Virus record (IMG/VR): IMGVR_UViG_3300020446_000004
Span: 1-64,000 of that record
Length of the DNA stretch: 64,000 nucleotides
Source of the DNA: a virus
Reading direction: 5' to 3' (one strand)
Shown here in pieces: positions 38,401-46,659 of the stretch. Under the pieces are notes generated by a model, which saw nothing but the letters and a program-made list of their open reading frames with translations, was not told where the DNA came from and did not search any database. Numbering within the stretch: position 1 is the stretch's first letter; the number at the start of each line of letters is the position of its first letter. Position numbers and translations under genes: made by a program.

Positions 38401-39511
38401 TCCAATTGGTAGATTCGTAAGTGTTGAGGATACTAGCAATACAGCCAAAGTAATCTACAGAGGTGCACCTGCACTTGGTAGAGCTGGTGTTGCAAACGAA
38501 AAGGTATTTGAAGTAAGAATGTTAGAACCAGGAAGTGGTTACGAAGGCACACCTCCTACAATTACTATAACAGATCCAGGCAATATTGAAGATGTCGTAT
38601 TGAATGCAAAAATTGGTAACGGAGCATTGTCTAATCCAACATTTGTAAATAGAGGCGGTAGCTTTATAACAGCAAGTGCTGAAATAGATGCGACAAATTC
38701 AAATGGTGGAGCAGACTTCTTACAAAGTGGACAGTTTGTTGCTGTAAGAAGATTATCAGCTACTCCTGTAAACGGATCTAATGTTGTGTTTGACAGTTTA
38801 CCAAACCAATTCTTTAAATTAGTTAACACTGTTTCACTTGTAGGTACTAACGATGGTTCTAAAACAGCATTTTTACAATTATCACCAGATATGAGCATTA
38901 CTGATGCACCTTCAGACGGTGATGCAGTAACTATGCGTATAAGATTTAGCCAAGTACGACTTACAGGACATGACTTCCTTGATATAGGTACAGGAGGCTT
39001 TACATCTACTAACTATCCAGGAGTGCCGGCTATTGCTCCAGATCAAACTAAAGAAACCAAAGACAGTGACGGTGGTAGAGTGTTCTTTACTGCAACTGAC
39101 CAAGATGGTAACTTTAGAGTTGGTGACTTGTTTAGTATTGAACAAGCAACAGGTGTTGCAACATTGAATGCGGAAGCATTTAACATTGCAGGACTTCAAG
39201 AACTTACACTTGGTGAAGTTACACTAGGTGGTAACAGTGCTTCAGTTACAGAGTTCTCGACAGACCCGTTCTTTACTGCTAACAGCGATAGTGTTGTTCC
39301 AACACAGCGAGCAGTTAAGGCATATATTGAAGCACAAATTGGTGGCGGTGGTGCTACCCTAAACGTCAACAGTGTTACAGCTGGTGACATTTTTATAAAC
39401 ACTAATCAAATTACAACGGTTAGTGGAGAACTGATAAATATAAAAGCAAATGTAAACTTCAGCAAGAGTGTACTTGGTTTACCAATTGCTTTTAACTACT
39501 TTTTAAGATAA
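32471..39511 (+). CDS. Giant virion structural protein, C-terminal part of the split paralog
   Basis: 2346 aa. Contains the GDELR, SLDPGWGP.DER.WI..RSPY, GHDFLDIGTG and GGRVF..TDQDGNFR blocks of the 1859-aa protein, plus Y...KC.RD helical repeats. Confidence 0.8.
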   Translation: MATVYETIQDLGKIITDAVTAGNSTNIPARAIRKTLIKVTTGQYREVLPIIVPAECCIMGDELRAVNVQPRKATNSTLTPRSDYKYSSKALERIEKVVGNVAAGLTMTPTTGNTLTQTVAYPYAETPQAWEGVTRQVRGIRRSIDAQLGDKLYAELPKPWEMTNTNAGRGRDLFLLNKQFIQTETTAYIAENYPNMKYGRTKCKQDIGFLLDAVAYDLTFGGNWQSVIAGNAYYTGTQLNIPADTKAATLAAYGFLKQLVQTVQRNITVTPLLQTDVAQIAGTGGTASESTTIGNLFDDIIDIIDNGIGAVSIVYPSVANTNALTFADSNDIDSNKAAVALDTIDFINYNFGSYKHDSSICRRDLEILSEGAQNDVLTGSNYNALQAGRAYNRVSSTYLLGAQKTQTVGAIRKYRDEIIDDLTDATYITRTRNFYNEVIDIIQNGLTAANTATFPSYNSAQDKQDAMTNLTANKTFIEDDVIQYVENTYNNPPGSFIYDSDNLRKYVGDAVEGMAFDIMYGGNIAQVRTAKSFFDEPGTVREAFLITGKATQYAGALTHMSSICQQIVQEQAVTKQTGNTQTQSTAGSPASATEATQVNTFLTESINALNAGVATGISSITEVTSTETGQTATDYALFDTNRDSIIATVLQYVTDTYNDFKYNHAKCTNDLSDIFDAARYDAMLDTNYASIITALSYRRANSGKTIGDQKDATIAAHKFAFKQMKALLNDGSIRQEAMTRQLDETLQWMNDIMWTASPEGANKQVADPEIYNSNYQLETNKEWLVQEAINEADQCYRAAVSKVEANGTVHVADTSWLTPNMEVKFFNYDDSTSAVAEIGTTTETAFYVKEIVNDTSFTVSTSVNGSAFTFDPTQSAYQYNKGKCRRDTGYILEGVGYDIALGTNYNAVTSGNLYRQSYASESFGAQLVQTTAGINFSKARVAELYKVRTSTTGLSRANAAFTEIVDILNNGLGNANALTFPVPSTTSTNKQNAVAQLIANRAFLGAEITAWAAVNHGGVTWTTEHQNEILYAVDALCYDIMYGGTSASHNQARNYVINGNKRYEGAEQGATQGAFDRLATVASQVIQETTVTKSTGNSATQDTSGTAATATEGTLAQTNLQIIEDVITSGNLPTDAATYPDVNFANADLRAAQIQINNETKAIAIDTVRYLDNTYSALVQVRSTYDYSKTLCARDVREYVYAMKWDAQYSRNWKTTYRAPLIGIPDRSDTEMDFTGWYRSALAARLYANSVLGSQEEDMYYLRNGTGLRLQSLDGLQGDLQSENAFGTRRPTAGAYASLDPGWGPKDERVWITARSPYVQNVSTFGYAAVGQKIDGALHDGGNDSIVSNDFTQVISDGIGAWLLNNGRAELVSVFTYYAHIGYLCETGGRARATNGNNSYGTFGSVAEGVDPDEIPVTAIVDNSTQYNATISNVFTNTDELLRLEYSHAGNDYTEAKIDIFGAGTGEELIADEFRDGAIHRIEIGETVESPSNAGGTNYTIVSNTAQAGSLTDINLAATDGSLSSAYVGMAIYITGGAGVGNYGYITSYNSGSKLAAVSNRYGVSGWSHVVPGTTIVAPNSSSTYQVEPRIEIPEPANSADAATNIGTDTINNVEFVETAAQYTGVASESNGDGSGATFNVTRNGAKYYVTVANGGTEYTRLDTTTILGSSLGGVSPDNDITVTVTTVNATTGAVVDFDFAGIGQKGYFVALADGNFYLSTDGKTNNWTNRVRAGNHSKLASALQNDGSTTFKPHAVVATAPSTTTLQVSTDETLTTWTSIDANGISTAGTEMSVAHGYVGLGTNKFVVISNGDQAISYSTDGGSSWTGVSAALPATGFNAITYGKGLFVAVKSGSNEAATSVDGETWTARTLPQSKDWEDVVWGNGIFVAIASQAGANNFAYSIDGITWTSASAPDATKQPSGLAYGQGVFVVTYSDDETKFAESYDGVTWFDRTGLTDIGESVAFGNPCTAGATTPIGRFVSVEDTSNTAKVIYRGAPALGRAGVANEKVFEVRMLEPGSGYEGTPPTITITDPGNIEDVVLNAKIGNGALSNPTFVNRGGSFITASAEIDATNSNGGADFLQSGQFVAVRRLSATPVNGSNVVFDSLPNQFFKLVNTVSLVGTNDGSKTAFLQLSPDMSITDAPSDGDAVTMRIRFSQVRLTGHDFLDIGTGGFTSTNYPGVPAIAPDQTKETKDSDGGRVFFTATDQDGNFRVGDLFSIEQATGVATLNAEAFNIAGLQELTLGEVTLGGNSASVTEFSTDPFFTANSDSVVPTQRAVKAYIEAQIGGGGATLNVNSVTAGDIFINTNQITTVSGELINIKANVNFSKSVLGLPIAFNYFLR

Positions 39512-39526
39512 ACGGAGAAAAATAAA

Positions 39527-39847
39527 ATGGCAACTGGAATATTAGGAACAGCAGATTTAGCAGCAGCAGCAAATGCAACTGTGTACACTGTGCCTGCAGA
39601 TACGTTTTCAGTAGTAACTGTAAACATTACGAACAGGAACAGTGCATCACGTGATATTAGACTTGCTGTAGCCGCTACAGGCACACCAACTAATGCTGAA
39701 TATTTAGAATATGATACTGAACTACTAGGAAACGGTAGTTTAGAAAGAGGCGGTATCGTACTTGATGCGACAAAACAAATTGTTTGTTATTCAAACAGTA
39801 CTGATGTAAATGTTGTAGTGTATGGTATAGAAACAGCAACTACATAA
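39527..39847 (+). CDS. Small virion adaptor-like protein (paralog of 14488 and 23835)
   Basis: 106 aa; VYTVPA..FSVVTVNITNR...LERGGIVL...VVVYGIE. Confidence 0.75.
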   Translation: MATGILGTADLAAAANATVYTVPADTFSVVTVNITNRNSASRDIRLAVAATGTPTNAEYLEYDTELLGNGSLERGGIVLDATKQIVCYSNSTDVNVVVYGIETATT

Positions 39848-39857
39848 AGGAGCAACT

Positions 39858-40559
39858 ATGCGTAGAATTAACACAGGAACAGTAGGAAGACCGCTACTTG
39901 CAAGACTGGTAAGTATTGATAATAAAATATCAAGCCTTGTTCCGAATGAAAATATTACAATTGAACCAAATGGTTCAGGTGATGTTATAATACCTAGTAA
40001 TCCTCAACTATTAGTACAAAACACAGATAACTCTACAACTACTGCAACAGGTGGAGCAGTGTTTAGTGGAGGTATTGGTGTAGCAAATAACATTTATTCG
40101 GGTGGTAATATAAATTCCACAGGACATTTAACAACACAATATCTAACAGCGGCAAATTCAACTCATATGACTATACCAAGTGGTACAACAGCACAGCGAC
40201 CTGGTTCTCCGACAGAAGGCATGGTGCGTTTTAACACTGATTATGGACATTTAGAATGGTACAACGGCACAAGTTGGACAGTAGGTGGTTTCCAAGATGT
40301 TACTGTATCATCAAGCAGAACAACATTAAGTTGGCAAACAAATTGGGTACAAGGAAACTATACAGTTACATTACCAAGTGCGCCGGCAAGAGGTGATAGA
40401 GTAAGATTTTTCTTAGTAAGCGGTTCTAACATGACTGTTGCAAGGAATGGTAAATTAATTAACAGTGATGCAAGTAATCTAACAGTTACAACAGAGGACG
40501 CGGCTTTTGAATTAGTGTTTAACAATGACACATACGGATGGCGAATCTTTACAATCTAA
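39858..40559 (+). CDS. Distal tail fibre connector-like protein
   Basis: IPSGTTAQRP..GMVRFNT motif plus C-terminal TVTLP..P..GD.V.F...TVARNG..I domain found in T4-like fibre proteins. Confidence 0.7.
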   Translation: MRRINTGTVGRPLLARLVSIDNKISSLVPNENITIEPNGSGDVIIPSNPQLLVQNTDNSTTTATGGAVFSGGIGVANNIYSGGNINSTGHLTTQYLTAANSTHMTIPSGTTAQRPGSPTEGMVRFNTDYGHLEWYNGTSWTVGGFQDVTVSSSRTTLSWQTNWVQGNYTVTLPSAPARGDRVRFFLVSGSNMTVARNGKLINSDASNLTVTTEDAAFELVFNNDTYGWRIFTI

Positions 40560-40571
40560 TAGGAGTTTTGA

Positions 40572-41354
40572 ATGGCCACATATGAAAGTTATAAAAAAGT
40601 CACAAACGAACAGATTATTGACGGTACTGTTACTGAAGATAAACTTGGTACCGATGTAAGACATAGATTATGCACTAAATGGTTAATAGGCAACGCTTGT
40701 CGTTGTTCTGCAGGGTGTTGTTGTTTATGGACAGTACCTGCATGTACTAGACGTGTTTATTTTGAACTTTGGGCGGCAGGAGGCAATGGCCAAGGTGCAT
40801 GCTCATGTAACAGATGTCACCATTACCAAGGTGCTGGTGGCGGTTCTTACAATTCAAAAATGGTTTCAACTACACCCGGATGCCAATACAGAATGTGTGC
40901 AGGTGGGGTATATCGTTGCCTAAGTAGAAACTGCTCATCATGTAATGGTTGTATATCTTATGTTTGCGGATACAATGCATGTCAACTTTGTACAGTTGGC
41001 GGACGTTGTGCAAATGCAAATACAGATTGGACACATTATTGTATGAGTTGTTGGACCTGTTGTATTGCACCAGGATGCGGCACAGGTAGAGGTGATTTTC
41101 ATATTATGAGTCACACTGGGCATTTTAGCGGAATATTTAACTGTCATTGTCACCATCAATATGTAAGACCAACAGCGGCTCCTTTCCTAGGAGGAAATGT
41201 TGCAACATCACAATCTGTGTGTTGGATACGCTGTGGTTGTTGGATTGCACCTCCAGGACACGGTGGACAAGGTGCTATGACATCATACTGTGGACGTTGT
41301 TGTGGACAAGGTGGTACAGGTGGACCAGGAGTTGTAAAATTAACATTTACGTAA
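40572..41354 (+). CDS. Cys-rich glycine-rich tail fibre tip protein 1
   Basis: 260 aa, 33 Cys by manual count. WTVP...ELW.AGG.G and GG.GG.G.V.LT glycine-rich fibre-domain frame; CNRCH. Confidence 0.75.
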   Translation: MATYESYKKVTNEQIIDGTVTEDKLGTDVRHRLCTKWLIGNACRCSAGCCCLWTVPACTRRVYFELWAAGGNGQGACSCNRCHHYQGAGGGSYNSKMVSTTPGCQYRMCAGGVYRCLSRNCSSCNGCISYVCGYNACQLCTVGGRCANANTDWTHYCMSCWTCCIAPGCGTGRGDFHIMSHTGHFSGIFNCHCHHQYVRPTAAPFLGGNVATSQSVCWIRCGCWIAPPGHGGQGAMTSYCGRCCGQGGTGGPGVVKLTFT

Positions 41355-41364
41355 GGAATAATTA

Positions 41365-42144
41365 ATGGCTACATATGCAAGTTATAAGAAAGTACACGGT
41401 GATCAATTCGTAAATGGTACGTTAACGGATAATGACATCAATTCAAATACTTTGAATAATTTTGGTGTAAAATGGTTTCATGGTATTCCATGCAGATGTT
41501 CATCTGGTTGTTGCTGTAATTGGACAGTGCCAACAGGTGTATGTAGAATGACAATTGAACTATGGGGAGCAGGAGGCAACGGAGCTGGTGCTTGTTCATG
41601 TAATAGATGTCATCATTTCAAGGCTGCTATGGGAGGAAGTCATAACACAAAAACCATTGCTACTGCACCGGGTTGTACATATAGTGTATGTGCGGCAGGA
41701 GTATACAGATGTTTAAGCCGTGAATGCACAGGTTGTAACGGTTGTACAACATATATGAACGGTTATAATTTAAGCGGATTCTGTGCATGCGGAGGCTATA
41801 GATCAGAAGCTAATACAGCATGGTCAAATGGGTGTTTTGGAACAAATGCATATTGTAGATGTCCTACCCATAACAACGGAGATATGTATGTGGTATCACA
41901 AAATCCTGCATTTAGTACAGCAGGCACATACTGTCATTGTCACCCACAAGAAATTCATCAAGGTGTTGCACCTATCATAGGAGGTATATCCAGCCAAGGT
42001 ATTAGACAATGTTGGATGCGTTGTGCTTGTTGGAGTGTTCCATACGGCACAGGAGGACAGAGTGCAATGAACACATTCTGCGGACGTTGTTGCGGTCAAG
42101 GAGGCACCGGTGGCGGCGGCTTAGTTAGGATTACTTATATTTAG
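41365..42144 (+). CDS. Cys-rich glycine-rich tail fibre tip protein 2
   Basis: 259 aa, 28 Cys; tandem paralog. Confidence 0.75.
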   Translation: MATYASYKKVHGDQFVNGTLTDNDINSNTLNNFGVKWFHGIPCRCSSGCCCNWTVPTGVCRMTIELWGAGGNGAGACSCNRCHHFKAAMGGSHNTKTIATAPGCTYSVCAAGVYRCLSRECTGCNGCTTYMNGYNLSGFCACGGYRSEANTAWSNGCFGTNAYCRCPTHNNGDMYVVSQNPAFSTAGTYCHCHPQEIHQGVAPIIGGISSQGIRQCWMRCACWSVPYGTGGQSAMNTFCGRCCGQGGTGGGGLVRITYI

Positions 42145-42152
42145 GATAAAAT

Positions 42153-42962
42153 ATGGCAAGTTATAGAAGTTACAAAAAAGTTACAAGCAGTCAAATTGTT
42201 GATGGTGCAGTTGATTCAAATAATTTTGTCAACGGTGTACGAGATAATTGGTGTGTAAAATGGACATACGGAAATCCTTGTAGATGTTCTGCAGGATGCT
42301 GTTGTTTGTTTACTATGCCGTCAAATACTAGAAATGCAACATTTGAACTTTGGGGTGCAGGCGGTAACGGCAATGGGGCATGTTCATGTAACAGATGTCA
42401 TCATACAAAACCACCAGGAGGTGGTGCATACACAAGCAAGCACGTACAGACTAATGCTGGATGCACATACAGAATGTGTGCCGCAGGAGTTTATAGATGC
42501 TTGAGTAGAGAATGTTATGGATGTAACGGCTGTAGTTCTTTTGTTTGTGGATATGGATTATGTGTCTGTGCATGTGGCGGGCAATTAGGCTGTGCAAACA
42601 CTGCATGGACTGATCAGTGTCATAGTACTATGCCATACTGTGTTAGACCAGGATGTAACGGTACAAGTTCAAGTGGAGATTACGTAGGTTATACACACGG
42701 TGGTAACTTCCAAGGACAGTCATCATTTATGTATCCTGGATGGGCTTGCCACTGTTGGAAGCATAATGGGCATTCAACAGGTGCAGTAAGATTAAACACA
42801 GGATATGCAGAACAAAATTCAAACGTATGTTGGATTAGATGTGGTTGTTGGATTGTACCCTACGGAATGGGTGGACAATCAGCAACATCAAACTATTGTG
42901 GTAGATGTTGTGGCCAGGGTGGAACCGGTGGTCCAGGACTAGTGAAACTGACGTACTTTTAA
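42153..42962 (+). CDS. Cys-rich glycine-rich tail fibre tip protein 3
   Basis: 269 aa, 31 Cys; tandem paralog. Confidence 0.75.
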   Translation: MASYRSYKKVTSSQIVDGAVDSNNFVNGVRDNWCVKWTYGNPCRCSAGCCCLFTMPSNTRNATFELWGAGGNGNGACSCNRCHHTKPPGGGAYTSKHVQTNAGCTYRMCAAGVYRCLSRECYGCNGCSSFVCGYGLCVCACGGQLGCANTAWTDQCHSTMPYCVRPGCNGTSSSGDYVGYTHGGNFQGQSSFMYPGWACHCWKHNGHSTGAVRLNTGYAEQNSNVCWIRCGCWIVPYGMGGQSATSNYCGRCCGQGGTGGPGLVKLTYF

Positions 42963-42990
42963 ATAAATATATTAACAAGGAGAAAACATT

Positions 42991-43719
42991 ATGCCAATGG
43001 TACAATTTGAATATACATACGATATACCGAATGAATTGTGTGTTGATCATACGTTTACTGATGGAAAAACGCGGACAGCTACATATGACGGTCCAGACAA
43101 ACTTTTCTTCATTGTAAACAATGCAACGGGCAAAGAAGAATTAGGACCTATTACTGAGATAGAAAAAAATGACGGCAGACCAGTGCCAGATGATTGTAGA
43201 TACGTAGAAATCGACTGCATTAAAAATCCAGTATTATGTCAACTTAGAGGACCTATTATTGACGAAATGGAAGAGGATCATACTGGAGAAGCAACGCCAA
43301 CAGGAGCAAAAGATATAACAGGATATGCAAAATTTACATATCAAACACCTGTACTTCCTTATCAATTTATAGATAGAGAAAAGATTACGTTTGCCGAAGA
43401 TGGTACACCTACTTTACCTACTAGAGAACCTAGAGATACTGTCATGGGAATAGACGTTGAAAGAGATCTTACATGGGATGATGTAAGAGCAAAAAGAGAT
43501 TCATTGTTAAAAAACAGTGATGCAGAAATTGTTGATGACATGCCAACTGATCTAAAAAATGCTTGGAAAGATTATAGACAGAGACTGCGTGACTGGCCTA
43601 ATACAATGCAATCAAATGGCATTCCACCATTGTTTGCTTATTACATGGAACCAATACAAGTTGGTGCAGATCCAGAAACAGGAATGATAGATCCAGATAC
43701 AACATCAATTATTATGTAA
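42991..43719 (+). CDS. Tail fibre assembly chaperone-domain protein
   Basis: C-terminal W..VRA.RD.LL..SD......D.P......W..YRQ.LRD.P motif of the phage tail assembly chaperone family. Confidence 0.8.
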   Translation: MPMVQFEYTYDIPNELCVDHTFTDGKTRTATYDGPDKLFFIVNNATGKEELGPITEIEKNDGRPVPDDCRYVEIDCIKNPVLCQLRGPIIDEMEEDHTGEATPTGAKDITGYAKFTYQTPVLPYQFIDREKITFAEDGTPTLPTREPRDTVMGIDVERDLTWDDVRAKRDSLLKNSDAEIVDDMPTDLKNAWKDYRQRLRDWPNTMQSNGIPPLFAYYMEPIQVGADPETGMIDPDTTSIIM

Positions 43720-43723
43720 TGTT

Positions 43724-43750
43724 AAAGCGAGGGTAAGTCTCTCGCTTTTA
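43724..43750 (+). terminator. Probable terminator
   Basis: AAAGCGAG..loop..CTCGCTTT followed by a T-rich tract. Confidence 0.6.
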
Positions 43751-43772
43751 CTCCTTTCCTAAAAATTTACCA

Positions 43773-43810
43773 ATAAATATCTTGCATTATCAAATATCTT
43801 GTGTTATACT
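43773..43810 (+). promoter_or_regulatory. Tandem late (ATAAATA) and sigma70-like (TTGCAT-17-TATACT) promoters of the modification operon
   Basis: ATAAATA 43773-79; TTGCAT 43782-87; TG-extended TATACT 43805-10. Confidence 0.6.
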
Positions 43811-43831
43811 TAACACTATAAGGAGTTTATT

Positions 43832-44854
43832 TTGACAAGATCTACTGCATTTTTTATCAACGGAGGAGCAGGCAGAGTTATCTGTTCTATTCCTGCATTT
43901 GAGCTATACCAAAAAGAAAATCCCAATGATGACTTTATAATTGTTTGTGAAGCAGGTATGGATTTTTACAAAGGACATCCTACCCTTCATAACAGAGCAT
44001 ATGACCATTGGCACAAAGGATTATTTGAAGAACATATAAAACATAGGAATTGTATTACACCAGAACCATATAGAATATGGGAATACTACAATCAAAAATG
44101 TGATCTTGCACAAGCATTTGATATTGAAATAAATGGAGAAGGTGTTCGCAAATTAGACAAACCAAATATCTATATAAACAAACAGGAAATGGTGACTGCG
44201 GCATCAATAGTAGATGAAGTAAAACAAAAAACTGGAAAAGACAAAGTTTTAGTTGTTCAACCTTTTGGAAGATCTACAGAAACACACGGCGATTTTATAA
44301 TTGATCCTACAAGCAGAAGTTTCCAGCTAAACAATATTGTTGATATAATTAATATTCTTAAAAAAGAGTATGGCGTTATTATAATGAGTGAAATACCTGT
44401 ACCTTTAGAAGAAAGTGAAAACACAAAGTATCCTGTTGCACAACCTCAAATTCCAGAATTAAGAATTTGGTCAAGCATTATTGATGTAGCTGATCATTTT
44501 TTAGGGTGTGACAGTTTAGGACAACATATGGTAAAAGCATTAGGCGGCACAGCAACTATTGTAACAGGAAGCACATACCCTATCAATATTTCATATCCTG
44601 ATGATCCTAATTTTGATATTATTGACGTAGGTGAAGGAAAAAGATTATACGCACCTATACGTTTGACAATGGAAGAAGAACAAGACAGGCATAACGATGA
44701 AGTTATGGAACTTACAGAAAAACAAATAGAAGAAATATGCAACAGTGTAAGAAAAGTTTTAGGAAAAAGCAGTGTTAGTAAAACTCCAGACACAAAAAAA
44801 CAAATGTCTAAGTTGATACCAGGTAATAGTAATTTATCCGGAGATAAAAAATAA
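43832..44854 (+). CDS. GT-B glycosyltransferase, GT9 / heptosyltransferase-like
   Basis: N-terminal GG.G..I...PA and C-terminal I..ADHFLGCDS.GQH...ALG matching the GT9 D..IG.DSG..H.A.ALG signature; TTG start with AAGGAG RBS. Confidence 0.65.
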   Translation: MTRSTAFFINGGAGRVICSIPAFELYQKENPNDDFIIVCEAGMDFYKGHPTLHNRAYDHWHKGLFEEHIKHRNCITPEPYRIWEYYNQKCDLAQAFDIEINGEGVRKLDKPNIYINKQEMVTAASIVDEVKQKTGKDKVLVVQPFGRSTETHGDFIIDPTSRSFQLNNIVDIINILKKEYGVIIMSEIPVPLEESENTKYPVAQPQIPELRIWSSIIDVADHFLGCDSLGQHMVKALGGTATIVTGSTYPINISYPDDPNFDIIDVGEGKRLYAPIRLTMEEEQDRHNDEVMELTEKQIEEICNSVRKVLGKSSVSKTPDTKKQMSKLIPGNSNLSGDKK

Positions 44855-46659
44855 TGAGTCAATGGATTGCGGCAATAACAAGAGGTCATAACGGAGGCGT
44901 CTGCTTACTTAAGGATGGCAAAATTGTATTTGCAATCGAAGAAGAAAGATTAAGTAGGCAAAAATATGATGGCGGACCATATGCAAGTATGGTAAAAATT
45001 TTAAATTATACAGATAAAATTGACTTTTTAGTTATTGCACACACTCAGCCACTTGAAGAAACAGCAGGTAAAGTTGACTTTACTGGTGACGATGTTTATA
45101 CAGGACTTGCACGTAAACTTGGATTAATTGATAACAGCCCTAGTGTAGATGTGCTTAACCACCCGCAAGTAGTAGACCTAAGTCATATACATCATAAGTT
45201 ACATGCGGCCTGTGCATTTTATAGAAGTGGATTCGAAACAGCTACATCGGTTATTGTTGATGGAGCTGGTACATTTATGCCTGCACAAATGGATGGCTGG
45301 GATAATATGTTATACGAATTAGAAAGTATATTTACATGCGAATATCCATATAATATAAAAACTGTTTGGAAACATTTAGGTGGTAACGGACCATTTAGAG
45401 CGGCACACGTTCCAGAAATGACAAGCGAAAAATTTGACGAAGAAGGAACACATGATGTTATTATTGATGACGGAGCAGGTATTGTAAAAGCATATGAGGC
45501 TGTTACACAATACTGTGGATTTACCGCTATTGAAGCAGGTAAAACTATGGGGCTTTCTCCTTATGGTAAACCAAACGAAAACATACCACCTATATATCAT
45601 AATGCAGGCGGCAAATGGACAGTAGCAAATGCAAATCTTATTAGGCCTACATATCCTAATGGTGCGTTAGTTAATGAAAACTTTTTTGATGAATTAATTA
45701 CACCACAAAATACTCCGCAAAATGAATTAGTTGATTTAGATAACAGAAGAGATCTAGCATATGCAGTGCAGACACAGAGTCAACAACAAGTTTTAAAACT
45801 TATTTTGAATGCAGTAGAGCGTACAGGTAACAAAAATATTGTTTTAAGTGGAGGTTATGGACTAAATTGTGTTGCAAATTATTATTACTTAGACACGTTA
45901 AAAGATATGGATATAAACTTGTATGTTGAACCAATATCAAGTGATGCCGGTACAGCAATTGGTGCCGCTTACATTGCATATCATCAAACAACACAGAACA
46001 AAAAAGTATTACCATTTGGCGAAAGTTTATATTTAGGTTTAAATTATGGATATGATAACAAAGAAATTGGACACCTAGCAGATGACTACAATGCTACATT
46101 AGAAAAAGTAGAAATAGAAGATGTAGTAAAATTAATGCGAGAAAAAAATATTATTGCTATGTTTCAAGGACGTTCAGAAGCAGGTCCAAGAGCATTAGGT
46201 AACAGAAGTTTAATGTACGACCCAACAGATCCTAAAGGCAAAGATCATGTCAACAAAGTTAAGCGTAGAGAATATTTCCGTCCGTTTGCTGGGACCATTT
46301 TAGCAGAACATGCAGAAGAATGGTTTGATATGAGAGGCATGAAAGATTCACCACATATGATGTATGCAATGAACTGCCAACCAGGTGTCGAAGAAAAAAT
46401 TCCAAGTATTATACACGTTGACGGCACATGCCGTATACAGACGGTAACAAGAGAACAGAATCCATTATACTATGACTACATTAATGAATTCTATAAACAG
46501 ACAGGTGTTCCTATTATATTCAACACATCATTTAACTTAGGTGGAGAACCGTTAGTTGAAACATTAGATGATGCTTTTAGAACTCTTGCTAATAGCGATA
46601 TTGAATATCTATACATAGCAGAACACAAAATTTTAGCAAAGGTAAAAAATGTTAGTTAA
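44854..46659 (+). CDS. Carbamoyltransferase (NodU/CmcH/TobZ family)
   Basis: EEERLSR.K, HH..HA...FY.S.F, GKTMGL..YG, SGG..LNCVAN, D.GTAIGAA, E.GPRALGNRS, K.RE.FRPFA, HVDGT.R.QTV, NTSFN..GEP.VET motifs. Confidence 0.95.
   Translation: MSQWIAAITRGHNGGVCLLKDGKIVFAIEEERLSRQKYDGGPYASMVKILNYTDKIDFLVIAHTQPLEETAGKVDFTGDDVYTGLARKLGLIDNSPSVDVLNHPQVVDLSHIHHKLHAACAFYRSGFETATSVIVDGAGTFMPAQMDGWDNMLYELESIFTCEYPYNIKTVWKHLGGNGPFRAAHVPEMTSEKFDEEGTHDVIIDDGAGIVKAYEAVTQYCGFTAIEAGKTMGLSPYGKPNENIPPIYHNAGGKWTVANANLIRPTYPNGALVNENFFDELITPQNTPQNELVDLDNRRDLAYAVQTQSQQQVLKLILNAVERTGNKNIVLSGGYGLNCVANYYYLDTLKDMDINLYVEPISSDAGTAIGAAYIAYHQTTQNKKVLPFGESLYLGLNYGYDNKEIGHLADDYNATLEKVEIEDVVKLMREKNIIAMFQGRSEAGPRALGNRSLMYDPTDPKGKDHVNKVKRREYFRPFAGTILAEHAEEWFDMRGMKDSPHMMYAMNCQPGVEEKIPSIIHVDGTCRIQTVTREQNPLYYDYINEFYKQTGVPIIFNTSFNLGGEPLVETLDDAFRTLANSDIEYLYIAEHKILAKVKNVS

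Noticed and set aside
15557-39402. Numerous 60-256 aa minus-strand ORFs opposite the fibre genes
   Set aside because: Shadow frames arising from the codon bias of the long plus-strand genes; no recognisable motifs.
40572-42962. Diversity-generating retroelement or invertible tail-tip cassette explaining the triplet
   Set aside because: No reverse transcriptase or recombinase in the window, all three genes are co-oriented and full-length, and no near-identical template repeat with adenine-specific differences was seen.
40572-46659. RiPP cluster with Cys-rich precursors
   Set aside because: The proteins are ~260 aa with a fibre glycine-rich scaffold and a fibre chaperone; no leader-core layout, radical SAM, YcaO, LanM or transporter.
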